Shown: piece by piece, positions 59,498-64,000 of the stretch
Layout: every line of letters begins with the position of its first letter
Position numbering within the stretch: the stretch's first letter is position 1
Assembly (NCBI GenBank): GCA_949948835.1
Contig: CATLHF010000001.1
Location: forward strand, 68,962 to 132,961
Source: an uncultured Clostridia bacterium
Lineage (GTDB): Bacteria > Bacillota > Clostridia > TANB77 > CAG-508
Length of the DNA: 64,000 nucleotides
Direction: 5' to 3'
Translations under genes and position numbers: made by a program
The notes under the pieces: generated by a model
Told to the model about the DNA's origin: nothing
The model's input: only the letters and a program-made list of their open reading frames with translations
The model's database searches: none

Positions 59498-62188
59498 TTA
59501 TTGTAAATTTTCTAGTCTTTCTATTGTTGTTTTTAGCATTTCTTCATATTTTGCTAGTTTTTCTTTTTCTTCCCTAATTTTAGCCTCTGGTGCTTTTGAA
59601 GTAAATCCTGGGTTTGATAACATTTTTGTTCCTCTTTCCACTTCTTTTTCTAGTCTTTCTTTTTCTTTTTGTAAACGGTTCTTTTCTTCTTGCAAATCAA
59701 CTAAATCTTCAAATGGCATAAATACCTCCATTCCGTCCGCTAAAATGGAAATTGCATTTTGTGGAATGTTTTGTTTCTCTTCTTGCACAATGATTTCATT
59801 TCCAAATCCCAATTTTTGTATATACTCCTTTGATTCTTCAATTTCTTTTTGATAATCCTTTGTTACAAATATTAGGTTTGCCTTCTTTGATGGATGAACA
59901 TTCATATTAGCTCTTACATTACGAATACCTATTATGACTTGTTTCAAACTTTCTATAAAGTCCTTCGTTTCATTATACTCTATTCTTTTCTTTGTTTTTG
60001 GCCAATGTGATACCATTAAAGCCTTATCATCATAATTTACTAATTTAGAATATATTTCTGATGTGATAAATGGCATAAATGGATGTAATAGTTTTAAGCT
60101 ATCTCCAAAAACATAGTTTAGTACAAAGCTTACTTGTACTTTTTCTTCTTCATTTTCACTATATAATCTTGATTTCACAATTTCAATATACCAATCACAG
60201 AATTCATTCCAAATAAAATTATATATTTTATCAAGAGCAATTCCTAAATCGTAATTTTCTATATTTTCAGTTACTTCTTTAATTAAGTTGTCTAATTTAT
60301 TTAAAATCCATTTATCTTCAACTCTTAAAGCTTCTGATTGATATAAGCCTGTTTCTTTATCTTTAATTTCTTTAGAAAATGCTATAATTTTTCCATCATC
60401 TGCTAAATTCATGGTAATAAATTTGGCTGCATTCCAAATTTTATTGGCAAAATTAGATGCTTGGTCTAATTTTTCTGGCATATAACGAATATCATTTCCC
60501 ATTGTTGTTCCAGAAATAACTGAAAATCTTAATGCGTCTGCACTATATTCGTTAATAACATCTATTGGGTCTACTCCATTTCCTAATGTTTTTGACATTT
60601 TTCTTCCTTCCGCATCTCTTACAATTCCGTGAATTAAAACATCTTTAAATGGTGGAATATCTGTAAATTCTAAACCTTGTGTCATCATTCTAGATACCCA
60701 GAATGTAATAATATCAAAACCTGTTACTAATACATTTGTTGGATAGAATTCTTTATAGTCTTCATTTTCAGTATTTGGCCAACCAAGTGTTGAAAATGGC
60801 CATAGGGCTGAACTAAACCATGTATCTAATGTATCTGAATCTTGTTCTAAGTTACTACTTCCACATTTTTTACATGCACTAGGCATTGTTTTTGCAACAT
60901 GAATTTCTCCACAGTCTTTACAATAGTATGCAGGAATTCGATGTCCCCACCATAATTGACGAGAAATACACCAATCTTGAATGTTATCTAACCAATGGAA
61001 ATATTGTTTTTCATATCTTTTTGGCACAAATCTTGTTTCATCATTTCTAACACTATCTGCTGCACGTTTGGCTAAATCTTTCATACTAACAAACCATTGT
61101 GTTGATATTTTAGGTTCTATGGTATGTTTACATCTTTCACATTTTGCAACATTGTGTGTATATTCTTCTTCTTTAACTAATGCACCAATTTCTTTTAATT
61201 TTTCTACAATAAGTTTTCGTGCTTCTAATAATTCCATTCCTTTATATTCTGGAATTAAATCTCCCATCTTGAAGTTTTCATCAAATACTTCAATCATTTC
61301 TAGGCTGTGTCTTAATCCTGCTTGGTAATCGTTTGGGTCATGTGCAGGTGTTATTTTAACACATCCTGTTCCAAAATCTTTTTCTACAAACTCATCTGCT
61401 ATAATTGGAATTTCTTTATTCATAATTGGCAAAATACACATTTTCCCAACTAAATCTTTGTATCTTTCATCGTCTGGGTGAACAGCAACCGCTGTATCTC
61501 CAAGCATAGTTTCTGGTCTTGTGGTTGCAACAGTAATATATCTATCTTCGTCCTTTATTTTATAACGAATATGCCATAAATGTGATGGTTCCTCATGGTA
61601 TTCTACTTCAGCGTCGGAAATTGATGTGTTACAGCTAGTACACCAGTTTACCATACGTTTTCCTTTATAGATTAATCCTTTTTCATATAGGTTAATAAAT
61701 TGCTCTAAAACGGCATCGCTCATTCCTTCATCTAACGTAAAGCGATTTCTTGCCCAATCACAAGAACATCCTAATTTTCTTTGTTGTTCCTGAATCGTTC
61801 CCCCATATTCTTTGGTCCATTTCCAAGCTTCTTCTATAAATTTCTCTCTTCCTAAATCTTCTTTTTTAATTCCTTGGCTATCTAATTTTTGAACGACTTT
61901 CATTTCGGTTGAAATGGATGCATGGTCTGTTCCTGGTAGCCATAAGGTTCTATATCCTTGCATTCTTTTAAAACGAATTAAAATATCTTGAATGGTTCCA
62001 TCTAATGCATGACCCATATGTAGTTTTCCTGTCACATTTGGCGGTGGCATCATAATGGTAAATGTCTCTTTTTCCTTATCTTTACATGGTTTAAAATAAC
62101 CCTTCTTCTCCCAATCTTCATATAATTTTCCTTCAAATTCTTTTGGATTATACTTGTCTGCTAATTTGTGATTACAATTTTCACACAT
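59498..62188 (-). CDS. valS: valine--tRNA ligase
   Basis: PPPNVTGKLHMGHAL (HIGH), KMSKTLGN and a C-terminal coiled coil. The start is set at ATG 62188 (GGAGGAAT RBS); the upstream 20 codons of the track ORF overlap the T-box terminator. Confidence 0.97.
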   Translation of the reverse strand: MCENCNHKLADKYNPKEFEGKLYEDWEKKGYFKPCKDKEKETFTIMMPPPNVTGKLHMGHALDGTIQDILIRFKRMQGYRTLWLPGTDHASISTEMKVVQKLDSQGIKKEDLGREKFIEEAWKWTKEYGGTIQEQQRKLGCSCDWARNRFTLDEGMSDAVLEQFINLYEKGLIYKGKRMVNWCTSCNTSISDAEVEYHEEPSHLWHIRYKIKDEDRYITVATTRPETMLGDTAVAVHPDDERYKDLVGKMCILPIMNKEIPIIADEFVEKDFGTGCVKITPAHDPNDYQAGLRHSLEMIEVFDENFKMGDLIPEYKGMELLEARKLIVEKLKEIGALVKEEEYTHNVAKCERCKHTIEPKISTQWFVSMKDLAKRAADSVRNDETRFVPKRYEKQYFHWLDNIQDWCISRQLWWGHRIPAYYCKDCGEIHVAKTMPSACKKCGSSNLEQDSDTLDTWFSSALWPFSTLGWPNTENEDYKEFYPTNVLVTGFDIITFWVSRMMTQGLEFTDIPPFKDVLIHGIVRDAEGRKMSKTLGNGVDPIDVINEYSADALRFSVISGTTMGNDIRYMPEKLDQASNFANKIWNAAKFITMNLADDGKIIAFSKEIKDKETGLYQSEALRVEDKWILNKLDNLIKEVTENIENYDLGIALDKIYNFIWNEFCDWYIEIVKSRLYSENEEEKVQVSFVLNYVFGDSLKLLHPFMPFITSEIYSKLVNYDDKALMVSHWPKTKKRIEYNETKDFIESLKQVIIGIRNVRANMNVHPSKKANLIFVTKDYQKEIEESKEYIQKLGFGNEIIVQEEKQNIPQNAISILADGMEVFMPFEDLVDLQEEKNRLQKEKERLEKEVERGTKMLSNPGFTSKAPEAKIREEKEKLAKYEEMLKTTIERLENLQ

Positions 62189-62213
62189 ACTAATTCCTCC
62201 TTTTATTTTGATA

Positions 62214-62450
62214 TCAAAAAAGCTCCACCCTGTATAAGGGTGAAGCAATTGTTCACGGTACCACCTTAATTTATAGTATTTCTACTATATCTTAATTAGC
62301 TTTTAACGTGGCTTAAACGAATATTCTTACTTTATTTCAAAATATTAACTCCAAAGCTACTTCAATTTGTCTTTTTCTTATAGAAACTCTCAGCCCATGA
62401 TTTCTACTCTCTTAAAGCAAGTGCAAACCTACTCCTCTTCTTCCTTGTTT
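62214..62450 (-). promoter_or_regulatory. T-box riboswitch leader of valS (candidate specifier GUA = Val)
   Basis: The minus strand carries the T-box sequence AATTAAGGTGGTACCGTG (62271->62254). The terminator is GCTTCACCCT-TATAC-AGGGTGGAGC + T6. Stem I elements are AGAGAGTAG, GCTGAGAG and TTGAAGTAGC. Confidence 0.85.
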
Positions 62451-62463
62451 TTCATATACCCCT

Positions 62464-62492
62464 ATTTTACTCTGATAAGTATCTTTTGTCAA
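62464..62492 (-). promoter_or_regulatory. sigma-A promoter of the valS leader
   Basis: The minus strand reads TTGACA-17 nt-TAAAAT. Confidence 0.6.
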
Positions 62493-62494
62493 TC

Positions 62495-62698
62495 CTAAAT
62501 ATTAAAATAAATTAACAATGCACCAATAATGGCAAAAATAAATCCTAATATTTTCATTCCAGCAGTTGCTTCATTTTGGTCTCCAAAGCCAAATAGTTTT
62601 TTTGTTAAACTACGTGCATCAAATGCCATAACAACTCCTAATAGTGCTATTACAAGTCCAATTCCTACTAAAATTCCTTTTATCATACTCTTCAACAT
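62495..62698 (-). CDS. small two-TM membrane protein (hypothetical)
   Basis: 67-aa ORF beginning MLKSMIKGILVGIGLVIALLGVVMAF...ILGFIFAIIGALLIYFNI. Confidence 0.45.
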   Translation of the reverse strand: MLKSMIKGILVGIGLVIALLGVVMAFDARSLTKKLFGFGDQNEATAGMKILGFIFAIIGALLIYFNI

Positions 62699-62785
62699 CC
62701 TTTTAATTTTATATACTCTATCATATTATTTTTTATGTGTTTTGTCAAGGAGAAAGTCCTGCGTCAATTCAGACGCAAGACTTTT

Positions 62786-63400
62786 TTAGTTGCCTTTTTT
62801 TCTCATATATTCCAAAATTTTTGTGGCAAAAAACATCGTAATTCGTTCTTCATATGTTTCATATTTGCTATATTCCTGTCCAATAACATCAAGAAGTTGG
62901 CTCTTTATTCTCTCTTCTTCGGTTTGATTTCCATCTTTAAGAATAATTGTTAAGCCCTTCAGGCCGTATTTAGATAAAACCTCTTCTTCGCTTCTTTCTA
63001 GAGCTGTAGCTATACATCTCTTAATGGAAGGATATAACGCTCCTTTTGCTTCTTCAGTAAGCATCTCTCTCATATGAATTAACTCTTCTTCTACTTTTTC
63101 TCTCACTTCCTCGGTTGTGTCACCATTTGCAATTGCTTCCAGCATAACTTCTTTTGCTCTTTTTTGTGCCTTTTTTTCAATTTCTTCTGGAGATTGATTT
63201 TTCTTAACTCCGATATAGGAATTACCTTTTAGTAAAACTTCCATGGTTTTTTCAAAGTTAACTTCCGGATTCGCATACGAATAACATATTAAATCCGTTA
63301 GAGGAATTGATCCTCTACTTCCAAGCTTGATACTCATCTCCCGAAATATCGGTGATAACAGCCCCATAGCTATTTTTTCTTCCTGTGTTCGTATTCTCAT
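62786..63400 (-). CDS. hypothetical protein (orphan, G+C-enriched islet)
   Basis: 204-aa ORF with an AGGAGGAAG RBS. Line 62941-63000 has 26/60 G+C. No family recognised. Confidence 0.6.
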   Translation of the reverse strand: MRIRTQEEKIAMGLLSPIFREMSIKLGSRGSIPLTDLICYSYANPEVNFEKTMEVLLKGNSYIGVKKNQSPEEIEKKAQKRAKEVMLEAIANGDTTEEVREKVEEELIHMREMLTEEAKGALYPSIKRCIATALERSEEEVLSKYGLKGLTIILKDGNQTEEERIKSQLLDVIGQEYSKYETYEERITMFFATKILEYMRKKGN

Positions 63401-63511
63401 TGCTCTTCCTCCTTATTTATAGCAACTATACTAGCTTACTATATCTTTGCCCATTTTATTGTTAACATAAATACATTTTGCCACATTCTGTAAATAATTG
63501 CAACTTCTATA

Positions 63512-64000
63512 CTATATTTCTATTCTATCTTGAAATTTTTCTTTTACCATTTGTTTCAATAATTTATTTTCTTCTTTTTCTAATTTAGGATCATCTTGTA
63601 ATATTTTAATTGCTAAACTTTGTACCATTTTTAACATTGGCATATCTTCAAATAAGTTTGCTATTTTAAATTCTGGAAGTCCATGTTGTTTGGTTCCAAA
63701 GAATTCTCCTGAACCTCTTAACTCTAAATCCTTTTCCGATATAACAAATCCGTCATTGGTCTCCTGCATAACTTTCATTCTTTGGCGAATCACTTCTGAA
63801 TTTCCTTGGTATTTTAAAATACAATAAGATTGGTACTCTCCTCTTCCAACTCTTCCACGTAATTGATGAAGCTGAGCCAAACCAAAACGTTCTGCATTTT
63901 CTATTACCATAATGCTTGCATTTGGTACATTGACTCCTACTTCAATAACTGTTGTCGAAATTAAAATATCAATATTGCCACTTTTAAATTCTTCCATAAT
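63512..64000 (-). CDS. recG: ATP-dependent DNA helicase RecG, C-terminal part (N-terminus beyond the window end)
   Basis: Helicase motifs V-VI are present: ILISTTVIEVGVNVPNASIMVIENAERFGLAQLHQLRGRVGRG. Confidence 0.9.
   Translation of the reverse strand: MMEEFKSGNIDILISTTVIEVGVNVPNASIMVIENAERFGLAQLHQLRGRVGRGEYQSYCILKYQGNSEVIRQRMKVMQETNDGFVISEKDLELRGSGEFFGTKQHGLPEFKIANLFEDMPMLKMVQSLAIKILQDDPKLEKEENKLLKQMVKEKFQDRIEI

Noticed and set aside
62189-62248. N-terminal 20 codons of the 916-aa valS ORF in the track
   Set aside because: These codons are the T-box terminator hairpin and T-run. The real start is ATG 62188, with a GGAGG RBS.

Overview
This is a 64-kb chromosomal window from a very AT-rich low-GC Firmicute. 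Gene content looks Clostridia-like, and hand counts on backbone lines give about 23-30% G+C. It holds about 75 genes, most on the minus strand. The backbone comprises a cell-envelope glycosylation locus (1-9.2 kb), ruvB, rpiA, a VanW/G5 protein, ytvI-like, ftsH, cysS, a class A PBP, dprA, folD, dinB, mgtA (frameshifted), secA, ridA, a reverse rubrerythrin, tyrS, udk, a Gly-Met-Tyr tRNA operon, tsaE-tsaB-rimI plus a Lon-like protease, the rplS-trmD-rimM-KH-rpsP-ffh-ylxM operon, T-box-controlled valS and the 3' part of recG. Five things stand out. (1) The tRNA-Tyr(GUA) gene is split in its anticodon loop by a 219-nt element with a complete group I intron core; the ORF track misreads it as a spurious ORF. 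(2) Three tandem pilin-like paralogues share a near-identical 5' module and have divergent C-termini; one is decayed, and no pilus machinery is nearby. (3) Six small islets of orphan genes at about 38-48% G+C sit next to terminators in the AT-rich backbone, with no mobility genes. (4) An accessory cluster encodes nucleotide-handling proteins (MOP-like membrane protein, PRTase-like, decayed CYTH-like, two Nudix, a small nuclease-like ORF), flanked by unexplained structured non-coding segments. (5) At least six accessory genes are broken by frameshifts, mostly at or near A/T homopolymers, while every long housekeeping ORF is intact. I saw no rRNA, CRISPR array, transposase, integrase or prophage genes.
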